Below, piece by piece: positions 39,788 through 50,546 of a DNA stretch of 64,000 bases (position 1 is the stretch's first letter; each line of letters starts with the position of its first letter). Position numbers and translations under genes: made by a program. The stretch spans positions 3,844,001-3,908,000 of the forward strand of contig JAQOWU010000008.1 of assembly GCA_030867685.1 (NCBI GenBank), read 5' to 3'. Source of the DNA: Wickerhamiella versatilis. Lineage: Eukaryota. The notes under the pieces are model-generated. The model ran no database searches and was not told the origin of the DNA. It was given only the letters and a program-made list of their open reading frames with translations.

Positions 39788-41320
39788 CTATGCAAATTCA
39801 TCGTAGGAATTACCTTCACGGTATGCAAGTCGATCATTTGAGAATGAAAGGCCGTTTGATCGTGACCTCCCCAGATCCAGGGTCAGTTCGCCATTCTCAC
39901 TCGAGGATGAGGAGCTGGCGGAGGATTCACCATATTGCGAATTACTATTCGCGATCGCAGGTATATAAACTTCACTTTCCAGTGATAACGAGGACAAGGT
40001 CGAGTTACTATAATTATGCGACAATGGTACCGAACTATGTGCCGTTTTTGCCACTGTCGGGTTCATCGGTGGTGAAGCAATTGTGCTCCCGCTCTTTCCC
40101 CGGGACAGTTTTCTCCGTTGGGATACTCCAGGCCGAACAACGTCGGCTATTCGATTGAGCCCCTCCTTTAAACGCCGGCCAATGCCCTTGACAGCATGGT
40201 CTACATCCTCGTTCGATACTTCTATGTGTTCGCCCAAGTTAGAGTTGACGTAACGTGCATGCTCTTCATCTGATATACCTTGGGCCAGCCAAGGATGTTC
40301 TTTTGCTTGGGATGCTGACAACCGCGTATTCTGGTCCTTGTCCAGTAATTTCGCCAGAAGATCATTCGCCAATTGTAGATTACGATCTTCACTTGGGGGG
40401 ATGCGAACTGGCTCATTGGACGCAATTTTATGGAACAACTCGTACTCATTATCGGCATCGAATGGAAGATATCCATATATTAAGCCGAAAAGGGTGATGC
40501 CGAATGCCCACATATCTATCTTTGAGCTGAGTTGCGGGCGTTTCCATGTTTTGTCGTCAGCAGGCATGCACATTTCTGGAGCAAAGAACGCAGGTGTTCC
40601 GACTGTCTTTGCCAGCTCGTAGTCATTGGGAGACTCCTTTGTTCGCGCGTAGGACACCCCAAAGTCGCTAATTTTGACCCTCCCCTCATCACTTATTAGT
40701 AGGTTTGCCGGTTTTATATCGCGGTGAATGATATCATGTTCATGCAGGTATTCGAGCCCAAGCAGGATATCACGGGCAATGTCTCGCGCCTGGTCAATAT
40801 CTAGTGCTGGGGTACCATCCACATTCTGCCACTTGACCTCGCCCTGGCTACAGTATTCAAGTATAAGATATATTTTTCGACTTCTCATGTCATCAAGCAC
40901 CTCAATAAGTTTGACCACATTGGGGTGACTACATTTCTTCAGAATAGCAATTTCCCTACGTACTTTTTCTTCGGTAGAGGGCCCCCGAAGGGAACGGCCC
41001 AGCCTGCGTGGTTCCCGGCGGTCCACGGTCTTGATTGCCACATACATTCTCGCCTCGGGATCCCAGCCAAGCTTGACCTGACCATGCTGACCGCTGCCCA
41101 GCTTTTTGATAATCTCATACTTGTTTAAGTTTTTGCGTCCACTCACCGGGTTATGGACGATGGATATATGATGCGTTTCTTTGACCTCCTTATCAATCAT
41201 GCCTGATGCCGGGTCCATAGTGGCTACGGCATCTGCCTTCCATATATCCTGCCTTGCTTTTGCCCCAGCCGCCTCTGCAGCGGCTTTAGCCGATGGAACG
41301 ACCTCACTCGGCCCCTCCAT
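39788..41320 (-). CDS. SAK1: CAMKK-family Ser/Thr kinase, Snf1-activating kinase-like (Sak1/Tos3/Ssp1)
   Basis: VKETH...LNKYEII..LGSGQHGQVKL, REIAILKKCSHPNVV, HRDIKPANLL, ISDFGVS, ELAKTVGTPAFFAPE. Confidence 0.8.
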   Translation of the reverse strand: MEGPSEVVPSAKAAAEAAGAKARQDIWKADAVATMDPASGMIDKEVKETHHISIVHNPVSGRKNLNKYEIIKKLGSGQHGQVKLGWDPEARMYVAIKTVDRREPRRLGRSLRGPSTEEKVRREIAILKKCSHPNVVKLIEVLDDMRSRKIYLILEYCSQGEVKWQNVDGTPALDIDQARDIARDILLGLEYLHEHDIIHRDIKPANLLISDEGRVKISDFGVSYARTKESPNDYELAKTVGTPAFFAPEMCMPADDKTWKRPQLSSKIDMWAFGITLFGLIYGYLPFDADNEYELFHKIASNEPVRIPPSEDRNLQLANDLLAKLLDKDQNTRLSASQAKEHPWLAQGISDEEHARYVNSNLGEHIEVSNEDVDHAVKGIGRRLKEGLNRIADVVRPGVSQRRKLSRGKSGSTIASPPMNPTVAKTAHSSVPLSHNYSNSTLSSLSLESEVYIPAIANSNSQYGESSASSSSSSENGELTLDLGRSRSNGLSFSNDRLAYREGNSYDEFA

Positions 41321-42071
41321 TGTCAGAAATCGGGCTTAGTCAACAGTCTACTCACGCGAGAAACGACATTGCAAAGTTCACGATACCTCCCAACCCTCCT
41401 GCGCTCCAGTAACAAAGCAAAATAAGGTTTGAGGAGTATGAATTAGATAAAGTTGCTGCCAATGTGATACGTGTATTAATTTTGCTTGAATCTAAAATAC
41501 TTCAATCGATTCGGATAGTGTAACCTTCGCCACATCTGTGGCTTAGGACCTAGCCCTACCATCAGGGACGCTATATGCGAGTGAACTAGGGGTTCAAAAC
41601 GAGAAAATTCTTACCCAATGTGGTTATGCTTATGGTATCATATCGGGTCTCAAGAAATCTAGGGCGGTTAAAAACGTGGGTCTGGGGTAATTAAATTGTT
41701 CTGCCTGTCGTAGTAGCCACGAGCAACCATCTTTCCATTACTCGCATATTAAGAGACACCACGGGTTAGGTCTATCGCAAGCTATCTCTAACTATTTTGC
41801 TATAATCCAATCTAATCACCTTTTTTTATGAATCTGGGGTGATTTTTGACGGTGGTGACCGTCTTTGGCTACTTTCCTGGCCAAGCTTTACCTATATTTC
41901 AGACAAACATTGCCCAGTAATGGAATTGTCCAGTAATGGGATAGCAAAAGTAACGCGGCGCTCAGCGGGTGTGTATTAATGCTCTCCTGGGGTTTATCGC
42001 CAATTGATATTGTATAAGCCCGAGACCACTGTTTAGTATGCTCTATTGACATCACTGTAGCATGACCTAAA

Positions 42072-42443
42072 CTATTCTGGCTCAGGCTTCGCGCGTGCAG
42101 GTGCTTCAGGTGGGATTGAGGTTGTGGGATTAGACTGCTCTTTCTCCGACTTGCCTTGATCAGATTGAGTTTCATCGCGATGCTCCTTCTCAACTTTTCG
42201 CTTTTTTGGCTCACTTGATTCATCACCAGCCGGGACTCCCAGGACCTCCCCAATCTCTCCCATACAGTTTATGAACTCCTTATACTGCGGTAGGGTCAAG
42301 GATATGCCTTTACGGCCGGGCAACCGTTTGCCATCACTTTCATAGAACTCTCGAATATCAACTAGCTGCTGACCCTTAAACTTTCGAATACTCACCCACT
42401 TATTTTTACCCAGTTCATGGGTGTATTCCGCATCCTCGGACAT
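42072..42443 (-). CDS. SUB1: Transcriptional coactivator PC4/Sub1
   Basis: ELGKNKWVSIRKFKG...VDIREFY....LPGRKGISLT. Confidence 0.92.
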   Translation of the reverse strand: MSEDAEYTHELGKNKWVSIRKFKGQQLVDIREFYESDGKRLPGRKGISLTLPQYKEFINCMGEIGEVLGVPAGDESSEPKKRKVEKEHRDETQSDQGKSEKEQSNPTTSIPPEAPARAKPEPE

Positions 42444-42526
42444 GTATGTGTGGGTGGTGGCCTGCCTGTTCGAGCCTGTGAAGTAAAGTAGTAAGCGGGA
42501 CCAGGTTGATCACTGGGATCTGGGAG

Positions 42527-43090
42527 ATGTTCAAGAATAGATATCAGGCACGGCGAGTGGCTGATACAGATGAGCGTGGCTGTTTCATTTGCCACCGGCC
42601 AACCACCAGCGTTCTTGCCAATGAGATTCCAAGTGCCGATTTCTTCTTCGTGTGCCGCACCCATTTAGATGACCCAGGCTTTGCCAAGCTTGATCCACAA
42701 ATTGCACAACAGCAGAAGGAGATTCAGGAACTAGAGGCTCAAAAGCGTCGTCTCAAGGCAGAATGGAACGCAAAGCAGAAGAACGAGGAAGCTAACGACA
42801 AGAAGAACGAAACTAATCCCAAGGAGATCCCACCAGGGACTGAGGAAACGACGCCCGATGGAGATTCCGGTGGGAATCCAGATATAAAATCCGATGTGAA
42901 GACGCCAGCCCCGGATTCTCTGCAAACACAAACAGCCAGGCCAGCTTTGCCAAAAATCTATGAACTAAATCGAAATATTTACAATCTTCGCATAACGGCC
43001 AAGAGGCGACAGGCACAAGAGCGTCGAACGCGCGAGCTCCTCGCAAACCCCGCCTCATTCCCTAAAGTCCCCACGAATAAAATAGATTAA
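42527..43090 (+). CDS. VFA1: Vps4-associated protein (DUF1742)
   Basis: F.N.Y..RRVA.TD.RGCFICHRPTTSVL....DFFFVC..HL.D..F; C-terminal FPKVP. First ATG at 42527. Confidence 0.8.
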   Translation: MFKNRYQARRVADTDERGCFICHRPTTSVLANEIPSADFFFVCRTHLDDPGFAKLDPQIAQQQKEIQELEAQKRRLKAEWNAKQKNEEANDKKNETNPKEIPPGTEETTPDGDSGGNPDIKSDVKTPAPDSLQTQTARPALPKIYELNRNIYNLRITAKRRQAQERRTRELLANPASFPKVPTNKID

Positions 43091-43815
43091 TTATTGATAT
43101 TGTCCTTGACCCATTGTTCCCATTTGCCGGTTCGTCGGCTTTTTACGCTGCCTTCGATAATACTTACCGAGGTTTCTAGATGGTTGAATTTGAATTTCTC
43201 CCCATCCAGGCCCAAAAAATTGTCACTGGGGTCTATCTCCTCATTGGAGTCACCAATCGATTTCATCTTGGCCGAGCGGATCTCCTCCAGCCCTTCCTCT
43301 AACAATGACTTTATTTTGGTTGGTGACAACGCGCTAAACAGGTCGAACTTGTTCAAGGCAATCATTACATTTATCTGACGCCGTTCTGCTGTTTGCAATA
43401 CTGAATACAGCCTTCCTGCCAAGCCCTTAATCGTGTCAGAACCCGATGCAGCATCCACCATGAATATTATCTCCTTTATGAATGGGAATTCGGTCAGATA
43501 GTCATCCCACCAGTACAGTAGTTTCTCGTGCCCAGGTAAGTCAGCCAGACGGCAGCCATCCAGAAACTGAGGATTGACGGAGACATTAGGTCTCATTGAG
43601 ACAACAGTTCCACGTGCATGAGCACCGGTCCACTCTAAATAAAGAGAGGTCTTTCCTGCACCAGAAGGGCCCACGAGGAGAATAGTGGAAATGCCTTTTC
43701 CTTGCTTGGCTGCACGGGCAAAGTGGAACCCGAATCCCAATATTAATGCCAGGCATACGGCTAAAAGCAAGGACCACAGGACTTGAACCTGAAAGTCCGA
43801 AAGTGCAATATTCAT
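43087..43815 (-). CDS. SRP102: SRP receptor beta subunit (GTPase)
   Basis: N-terminal TM, GPSGAGKTS, DLPGH.KL, NK.DL, FLG..G..F.F..LE. First ATG at 43815. Confidence 0.88.
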   Translation of the reverse strand: MNIALSDFQVQVLWSLLLAVCLALILGFGFHFARAAKQGKGISTILLVGPSGAGKTSLYLEWTGAHARGTVVSMRPNVSVNPQFLDGCRLADLPGHEKLLYWWDDYLTEFPFIKEIIFMVDAASGSDTIKGLAGRLYSVLQTAERRQINVMIALNKFDLFSALSPTKIKSLLEEGLEEIRSAKMKSIGDSNEEIDPSDNFLGLDGEKFKFNHLETSVSIIEGSVKSRRTGKWEQWVKDNINN

Positions 43816-44010
43816 CACACGAAAGCAGAAGTTCTGATGATGTAACCAGGACAAGCCAGCCTGCTATGTGCTGTGGCGGGCTCTTAACGTATGTAGTCGA
43901 CTGAGGGTTTATTATTTTATGTACAGTGTGATAATGTTAGTTAGCTGGATGTGATATTAATGGCCGTTCGAATTGCTGGGCATCCTCGAGCCATGTAGCA
44001 CAATCAAAAA

Positions 44011-44316
44011 TTACTTTTTGTCGTCACCACCCTTAAGGCCAAAAAAGCTATTGAAGGTTCCCAAACTGCTGAAAACTTCCGCTCGTTGGTGTCCAAAGTA
44101 TGAGTTTCCAGCACCCTCGTATTTTGATTTTCGCTCAACTGGCTGGACCACTTCACCAGTGAATGCGCCAGGGGGAAGTTCTGAGGCCTTCTGGTTCTTA
44201 CCAAGGACAAAATATAGAGTCAGTGCAGTGATACCAACCACCGAGATGTAACGCCAAGCCTTATTGATCTTGGCAATGGGGCTTCCTGTAGCATGGCCTA
44301 TGTTCGGGCTCGCCAT
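44011..44316 (-). CDS. Small single-TM hypothetical protein (101 aa)
   Basis: ATG-initiated ORF with one hydrophobic helix (YISVVGITALTLYFVL), filling the gap between SRP102 and TFG1. Confidence 0.6.
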   Translation of the reverse strand: MASPNIGHATGSPIAKINKAWRYISVVGITALTLYFVLGKNQKASELPPGAFTGEVVQPVERKSKYEGAGNSYFGHQRAEVFSSLGTFNSFFGLKGGDDKK

Positions 44317-44549
44317 GGTCTAATAATTATTAATGGAATATGGTAACGCGATGTTACCTATCCTTTAAATGCCACCCCCCTTCACTTTCTTAGGCACTGT
44401 GCTAACACCGATTGCTAAGTATGTACGCACGTGGAGCATTGAGCTTCTGCTAATGTCCATGTGACCTGCCATCGACGACTTTGGGTGAGGGCTTTGAGGA
44501 CCCGAGGAAGCATGATTAAGAGTAGCCTTGGCTCAGTCATCAGCGTTCA

Positions 44550-46259
44550 ATGTCGGGCAGAAGGAAGTTCGAATCGTCGAATCCGCTGCGGCGACCTGTC
44601 CCTCGAAGGACTCCTCCCTCTGCGGGTCTGCGAAATATGATGAGACCCTCGAATGCGGATCCGCAGAGCTTTCCTGGGCCTTCCACAGCCCCAAGACATG
44701 ACCTACCCCAATTTCCGGGTCCTTCAGGGGCCGCATCGGCATCTGCGCCACCAGCAGCTGCGAACGATGTAAAGGAATTTCCTTTACGGTTTTATAACGA
44801 TGATGATCTTAAGGATTCTCGCTACCACATGCTGAAATTTCACTCGAGAAATCCCGTGGACCCAGCTGCCCAGTTCACGCCCCCGATTAGGTTCAACCGC
44901 AAGGACCCTTCGCTGGTTCAAGTGACAGCAGAGGAGGCGGCTGGCGAGGGTCAGGAGGGTAATGCGGAAGATGTCAAGCCTGATGAAGCCGGCGCGGGCG
45001 CTGGTCCAGGTGCTGAGGGCGAAAAGAAGAAAAATAACCCATTCTCGCGCCGTAAAAAGACGCACCAGGTGCAAGGAGGAGATGATGATGCGAAGAAGTT
45101 GCGATCTGAAGAGCATTTGCCATGGGTAATGGAAGATTTTGATAACAAAAATACCTGGATATCGTCGTACGAGGCGGCCCAATCCGACAGCTATGCTGTC
45201 TTCGTATATGATCATGACGGTTTCAAGGTTATACCGTTGGAAAAGTGGTACAAGATGTCTCAAGTGGGCCGCTATGCCACGCTAAGTCTCGAGGACGCCG
45301 AGGATAAAATGGAACGCACACATAACCACCGTGACCGGTGGTTCATGTCCACGTTACAGCCTCGCCAGGTCCAGCAGGACAGGGAATTGCAATCACAGCA
45401 ATTAATGCCGGACCTCTCTCGGCCCCGTATGCGCACAGTGATAGGTTCCGAAGAACGCAAGCCAACGCTGGATGAGGAATTGGACTACGATGACGCTGAA
45501 CTTTTCGATGACGACGAGGGTGCACCCATTATGGATGGTCCTGAAGAGGACGTCAAGGACATAGAAGGGCGTATGCGCCGAGAGCAGCGGCAGGCCAACC
45601 AGCTGCTTGAGGCTGATGATCGTTATGCTGACATTGATGAGCTGTTTGGCGATAATGAGGAGCATATGGACAAGCAAGGCAAGAAGCTTCGACGATATCT
45701 GCGCTCACTGGAGAAAAACCAGTTTTATGATAGTGATGAGGATGAAAACCCTTATGCCTCGGAGCCAAGCTCTGAATCGGAGGATGAATTATCTGAGGCA
45801 CAGGCATCAAATCTGATCAAGCAGGAGCCTACAGATCCGGTCGTGATGCTGCCCCAGCAGTTCCAGCGTAAGGTGTTCAAGGGATTGCCACAAGGTTATG
45901 CGATTCTCCAGCTTCCCCCAGAGATGTTATCCAAATTCCCCACGGGTGAATGGAACAAGAACATACCCTCTCGCTACAAGCGGACCGAGACTGAACCTGC
46001 CCCTGCTGCTGCTACTGCATCCTCCTCCTCCTCTGCTGCTGCTGTTCCTCAGGACACTAAGCCGGCAGATTCGGGTCTTCTGACTCGCGAGGATGTTACG
46101 AATTGTATTGTATCGGGGCAGACCACCATTCGTGAACTTGTGGGAATGCTGCGTGATAAGCTCAAGCAAAATCCTTCAGTGAACAAGGATCTACTCACGT
46201 CTATTATGAAAGAGGTGGCCCGCACCCGTGACGGTAAATTATATCTCATTCAAGGCTAA
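44550..46259 (+). CDS. TFG1: TFIIF large subunit
   Basis: RYHMLKFHS, RKKTHQV, EEHLPWVMEDFD, KWYK, LDYDD..F.DDE, YDSDE.ENPY. Confidence 0.92.
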   Translation: MSGRRKFESSNPLRRPVPRRTPPSAGLRNMMRPSNADPQSFPGPSTAPRHDLPQFPGPSGAASASAPPAAANDVKEFPLRFYNDDDLKDSRYHMLKFHSRNPVDPAAQFTPPIRFNRKDPSLVQVTAEEAAGEGQEGNAEDVKPDEAGAGAGPGAEGEKKKNNPFSRRKKTHQVQGGDDDAKKLRSEEHLPWVMEDFDNKNTWISSYEAAQSDSYAVFVYDHDGFKVIPLEKWYKMSQVGRYATLSLEDAEDKMERTHNHRDRWFMSTLQPRQVQQDRELQSQQLMPDLSRPRMRTVIGSEERKPTLDEELDYDDAELFDDDEGAPIMDGPEEDVKDIEGRMRREQRQANQLLEADDRYADIDELFGDNEEHMDKQGKKLRRYLRSLEKNQFYDSDEDENPYASEPSSESEDELSEAQASNLIKQEPTDPVVMLPQQFQRKVFKGLPQGYAILQLPPEMLSKFPTGEWNKNIPSRYKRTETEPAPAAATASSSSSAAAVPQDTKPADSGLLTREDVTNCIVSGQTTIRELVGMLRDKLKQNPSVNKDLLTSIMKEVARTRDGKLYLIQG

Positions 46260-46525
46260 TCCTAAGATAAAAAAAAACATATAATATTACAGCACAGTGT
46301 CCCAGATTTTGAAGGGCTGCCAACCGTATTTCTACGTTATAGCAATGGCACCCGCAATGCTATCATTAACTATAAACCTACTGCTACATTTAACCACCAC
46401 TAGGATTTTTCGTTTTAGTTAGCGACTCAAATGAGCCCATATCTGGGAAAGGGTTGTTTATAATTCTTACCATGCAAGCTTCAAGGAATAACGGTGAATA
46501 AAGTCTATCTAATTTTCATGCATAT

Positions 46526-46690
46526 GAATTTTCGAAAACATACAGAGCCGTTCGGCAAGATTCGTCTAGAGTAATCTAGAAAACATTACCAATTTTGTTT
46601 CGAATTCTACCAATTTCCATCTGACTAATATAGCCGCAATTCCATCTTGTTCTACTACTTCCACGCTTAGACCGGTGGGAGGGTATATAA
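46526..46690 (+). promoter_or_regulatory. HSP70 promoter: HSE-like GAA/TTC units and a TATA box
   Basis: GAATTTTC 46526-46533, further degenerate TTC/GAA units to about 46610, TATATAA 46684-46690. Confidence 0.5.
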
Positions 46691-46734
46691 GCTCGGGGGT
46701 CCCACCACCTCATGACTATCAATAAAAAATAATA

Positions 46735-48663
46735 ATGGCGAACGCAATTGGAATTGATTTGGGTACAACATACTCTTGTGTTGCCCACTTCGCAAACGAT
46801 AGGGTTGAGATTATTGCCAACGACCAAGGTAACCGTACGACTCCTTCGTTCGTTGCCTTCACTGACACCGAGCGGTTGATTGGTGATGCTGCCAAGAACC
46901 AAGCAGCCATGAACCCCAAGAACACCGTCTTCGATGCCAAGCGGTTGATTGGCCGTAAGTTCAACGACCCTGAGGTCGTCAACGACGCTAAGCATTTCCC
47001 ATTCAAGGTCATCGACAAGGCCGGAAAGCCTGTCATCCAGGCCGAATACAAGGGTGAGACCAAGGACTTCACTCCTGAGGAGATCAGCTCCATGGTCCTC
47101 ACCAAGATGAAGGAGACCGCTGAGGGCTACCTCGGTGGTAAGGTTGAGAGTGCTGTAATCACCGTTCCTGCATACTTCAATGACTCTCAGCGTCAGGCCA
47201 CTAAAGACGCTGGTACGATCGCTGGCCTGAACGTTCTCCGTATCATTAACGAGCCTACCGCCGCCGCTATTGCCTACGGTCTTGACAAGAAGTCCGAGGG
47301 TGAGCACAATGTGCTGATCTTCGATCTTGGTGGTGGTACCTTCGATGTCTCTCTTCTTTCCATTGATGAGGGTATCTTCGAGGTAAAGGCCACTGCTGGT
47401 GATACCCATCTTGGTGGTGAAGATTTCGACAACCGTCTCGTCAACCACTTCGCCGCCGAGTTCAAGCGCAAATACAAGAAGGACATCACTGGCAACCAGC
47501 GTGCCCTTCGTCGTTTGCGTACCGCCTGCGAGCGTGCCAAGCGTGCATTGTCCTCGTCGACTCAGACCCCAATTGAGATCGACTCGCTCTACGAGGGTAT
47601 TGACTTCTACACCTCCATCACCCGTGCTCGTTTCGAGGAGCTGTGCCAGGATCTGTTCCGCCAGACCATGGCTCCTGTCGAGAAGGTCCTCCGTGACGCC
47701 AAGGTTGACAAGGCCGGTGTCAAGGAAGTTGTCCTCGTCGGTGGTTCCACCCGTATCCCCAAGGTCCAGAAGATGGTCAGCGACTTCTTCTCTGGTAAGG
47801 AGTTGAACCGCTCCATCAACCCTGATGAGGCCGTTGCCTACGGTGCTGCTGTCCAGGCTGCCATCCTTAGCGGTGACACCTCGTCCAAGACCCAGGACCT
47901 TCTTCTTCTCGATGTTGCTCCTCTCTCTCTTGGTATCGAGACTCTCGGTGGTGTCATGTCCAAGCTTATCCAGCGTAACGCTACCATTCCTACCAAGAAG
48001 ACTGAGACCTTCTCCACTGCCGCTGACAACCAGCCAGGTGTGCTGATCCAGGTCTTCGAGGGTGAGCGTCCTCAGACTAAGGACAACAACTTGCTGGGCA
48101 AGTTCGAGCTTACCGGAATCCCCCCTGCTCCCCGTGGTGTTCCTCAGATCGAGGTCACCTTCGATGTCGACGCCAATGGTATTTTGAACGTCTCTGCCGT
48201 TGAGAAGGGCACTGGTAAGACTCAGAAGATCACCATCACCAACGACAAGGGTCGTCTCTCTAAGGAGGAGATCGAGCGCATGGTTTCCGATGCCGAGAAG
48301 TTCAAGGAAGAGGACGAGAAGGAGGCCAACCGTATCCAGGCCAAGAACGGCCTTGAGGCTTACGCCTACTCTCTGAAGAACACTCTTAGCGAGGAGAAGT
48401 TCAAGGAGAAGGTTGACGAGTCCGAGCGCACCAGCCTCGAGAAGTCGATCACCGAGACCATTGAGTGGCTCGACAACTCTCAGTCCGCATCCACTGAGGA
48501 GTACGGCGAGAAGCAGAAGGAGCTTGAGGGTATCGCAAACCCAATCCTCATGAAGTTCTACGGCGCTGGCGGTGCTCCAGAGGGTGGCGCTCCTGGTGCT
48601 GCTCCTGGTGGCGGCGCTGCTCCTGGTGGCGACGATGGTCCTACCGTCGAAGAAGTCGACTAA
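46735..48663 (+). CDS. SSA1: Cytosolic Hsp70 (SSA family)
   Basis: [22 protein letters not shown]-terminal GPTVEEVD; strong codon bias. The exact SSA paralog cannot be determined. Confidence 0.95.
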   Translation: MANAIGIDLGTTYSCVAHFANDRVEIIANDQGNRTTPSFVAFTDTERLIGDAAKNQAAMNPKNTVFDAKRLIGRKFNDPEVVNDAKHFPFKVIDKAGKPVIQAEYKGETKDFTPEEISSMVLTKMKETAEGYLGGKVESAVITVPAYFNDSQRQATKDAGTIAGLNVLRIINEPTAAAIAYGLDKKSEGEHNVLIFDLGGGTFDVSLLSIDEGIFEVKATAGDTHLGGEDFDNRLVNHFAAEFKRKYKKDITGNQRALRRLRTACERAKRALSSSTQTPIEIDSLYEGIDFYTSITRARFEELCQDLFRQTMAPVEKVLRDAKVDKAGVKEVVLVGGSTRIPKVQKMVSDFFSGKELNRSINPDEAVAYGAAVQAAILSGDTSSKTQDLLLLDVAPLSLGIETLGGVMSKLIQRNATIPTKKTETFSTAADNQPGVLIQVFEGERPQTKDNNLLGKFELTGIPPAPRGVPQIEVTFDVDANGILNVSAVEKGTGKTQKITITNDKGRLSKEEIERMVSDAEKFKEEDEKEANRIQAKNGLEAYAYSLKNTLSEEKFKEKVDESERTSLEKSITETIEWLDNSQSASTEEYGEKQKELEGIANPILMKFYGAGGAPEGGAPGAAPGGGAAPGGDDGPTVEEVD

Positions 48664-48935
48664 TTTACTTGATCCAATGGGATATTAGTATATAGATATT
48701 GTTAACGAATATTTGGGTATTGAAAAATATATATCAACTAGAGTTATATTTTAGTTTGAAACATCTTTGCTGTAATCATCTTTTGTTCTGCTCTTCATTT
48801 CCTTTCTTCTATATTATTATTCATTTAGTTTCGTCCACCCTCATGCATATATGGCTCTGGACATATATGATGGATATGCTATATATGCATGCGATTTTAG
48901 TGTCTACTAAGTATTTATTACTCGAATAGTTTATC

Positions 48936-50546
48936 TTACATATCATACTCGCGCTCTCGCTGTTCGTTTCGCTGATCCTCTTCGGATAGGACTTGTTCCT
49001 GTACTTGTCGCTGCTCTTCTGCCTCAAGCCGCCGCACAGTATTTACCACAGAATCCTTTGCCTGAAGTTGCCTTACGAACCATCCTTCAGATGTCTCTTC
49101 GTTGTCGTTCCATGTTCCATCCTCCGCACGGGTAAGAGGGTCACAGGAAGCATTTGCCCGGAGTTCGCGGATGCGGTCCACCATCCATCCGGAGATCAAT
49201 GACTTCTCGACACCCTTCTTCAATGGATTTGCTGCCATGCCGCGCATAACCGCACCATGCACCAGCTGGCAACGCCGTTGGTCCTCGTAAACCCAAAGAA
49301 GACACTCCCCATTGGCCTCACAAGCGCGGCGGCACTCCTCCTTCGACGCAGTGGGGGTCAGATTTTCGGGGAACTCAGAATCGTCGTAGTATAGGATTGA
49401 GTTTTTTCTCTCCCAGTCACCATGCACATGGCCCGCTAACGCGTCCCATCCCGTTCTTTCCGGAACCACGTACGGAAGGATGAAATCATGATAAAGCTGG
49501 TCAAATGTCACTGCCGACTGGTTTCTTGGAAGCTGCTCCTCGTAATCATATAGCATGTTAACCTCTCGAGGAGTCAAATGATGCCAGCTGAAGTAGGGCA
49601 AACACCAGCCTCGGCGCCCTACCGCAATGTCCCGGGGTGTTGATCCTTGGAACGGCTGGTTGTACGTCGGTTCCTCTCCCCAAGGAATATCTATTGTCTT
49701 TTCACCTGCATGCTCGTATAGCATGATGGCTAATAGTGCATCACCGCAGCAATGGGTCTGGGCTCGTTTCGTATTATAGTTAATTATTGAACCATGGCGT
49801 CCCTTGTCGTCCTTGGCCCCAAAAAGCTTGTACATGGCGGCTTTGCTTAAGATAACACCTGAGCCACCGTGAGCAAATCGAATGATTTGCTTTTCGCCGC
49901 TTTTGGTTTGAGCATCAGTTGTCCATTCGGCCGGTCGGCCTAGGTAATAAACCTGGTTTGGATCCAGCTCTTTGAGATAGTCTAGAAGACCCCTCTGGAA
50001 CACGTACGTGTCCATGTCTATGAAGAAATACCAGTCTATGGTTTCGGGCGCAGTCTGCCACGCGTGTGCCACCATGGGAACATTCTTAAGCATGTCCAGA
50101 GCCCATCCCTCATATTTACTGAGACCATCGAGCTCCCATTGCCACCGCTCTTTTACACTCTTTGTGAGTACGAGATAGTCATCTAGGTGTTCATCTTCAA
50201 ATATAAATTCCGGTAGCCATTTGAAAATGTCGATGACATCTATTCCATTGATACGCGTCTCCACATCCGCGTATACCGCGTGCTGCGGCCACCGCCTTAG
50301 TGTCGAGTGCACATGTGGCTGTATTCTGTTCTGCACCACCGTGGCACCACTCTTCAGCATCAAGAACACTTTTTCCGCGTAAGGGTCGAGGGGTCCGCGA
50401 GAACCATCTACACCTGGATACGGATCATGCTCACCAAACGAGGACGCGGAGTATGTCGGTAGTGGCGTCTTGCTCTGCCTGTATATGAAGGAAATCCCGA
50501 GCAGGACTATTACACCTAATAAAACAGGCTTAACCAGAAGATGCAT
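48936..50546 (-). CDS. Type II membrane glycosyltransferase family 31 (Fringe-like) with a Cys-rich PAN/apple-like domain
   Basis: N-terminal TM, W.LD..KN.PM, WYFFIDMDTY (DxD), FAHGGSGVILS, CCGD.LL, C...C.....C..W. Confidence 0.85.
   Translation of the reverse strand: MHLLVKPVLLGVIVLLGISFIYRQSKTPLPTYSASSFGEHDPYPGVDGSRGPLDPYAEKVFLMLKSGATVVQNRIQPHVHSTLRRWPQHAVYADVETRINGIDVIDIFKWLPEFIFEDEHLDDYLVLTKSVKERWQWELDGLSKYEGWALDMLKNVPMVAHAWQTAPETIDWYFFIDMDTYVFQRGLLDYLKELDPNQVYYLGRPAEWTTDAQTKSGEKQIIRFAHGGSGVILSKAAMYKLFGAKDDKGRHGSIINYNTKRAQTHCCGDALLAIMLYEHAGEKTIDIPWGEEPTYNQPFQGSTPRDIAVGRRGWCLPYFSWHHLTPREVNMLYDYEEQLPRNQSAVTFDQLYHDFILPYVVPERTGWDALAGHVHGDWERKNSILYYDDSEFPENLTPTASKEECRRACEANGECLLWVYEDQRRCQLVHGAVMRGMAANPLKKGVEKSLISGWMVDRIRELRANASCDPLTRAEDGTWNDNEETSEGWFVRQLQAKDSVVNTVRRLEAEEQRQVQEQVLSEEDQRNEQREREYDM

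Noticed and set aside
41961-42057. Box C/D snoRNA-like pattern on the minus strand (GTGATGT...CTGA)
   Set aside because: Imperfect C box, and no rRNA-complementary guide or terminal stem that I can recognise.
42468-42476. Pol III B-box-like GTTCGAGCC
   Set aside because: No cloverleaf or convincing A box around it; not a tRNA.
46576-47448. 290-aa antisense ORF over HSP70
   Set aside because: Long antisense ORFs are a well-known by-product of HSP70 codon bias; there is no independent evidence for a gene.
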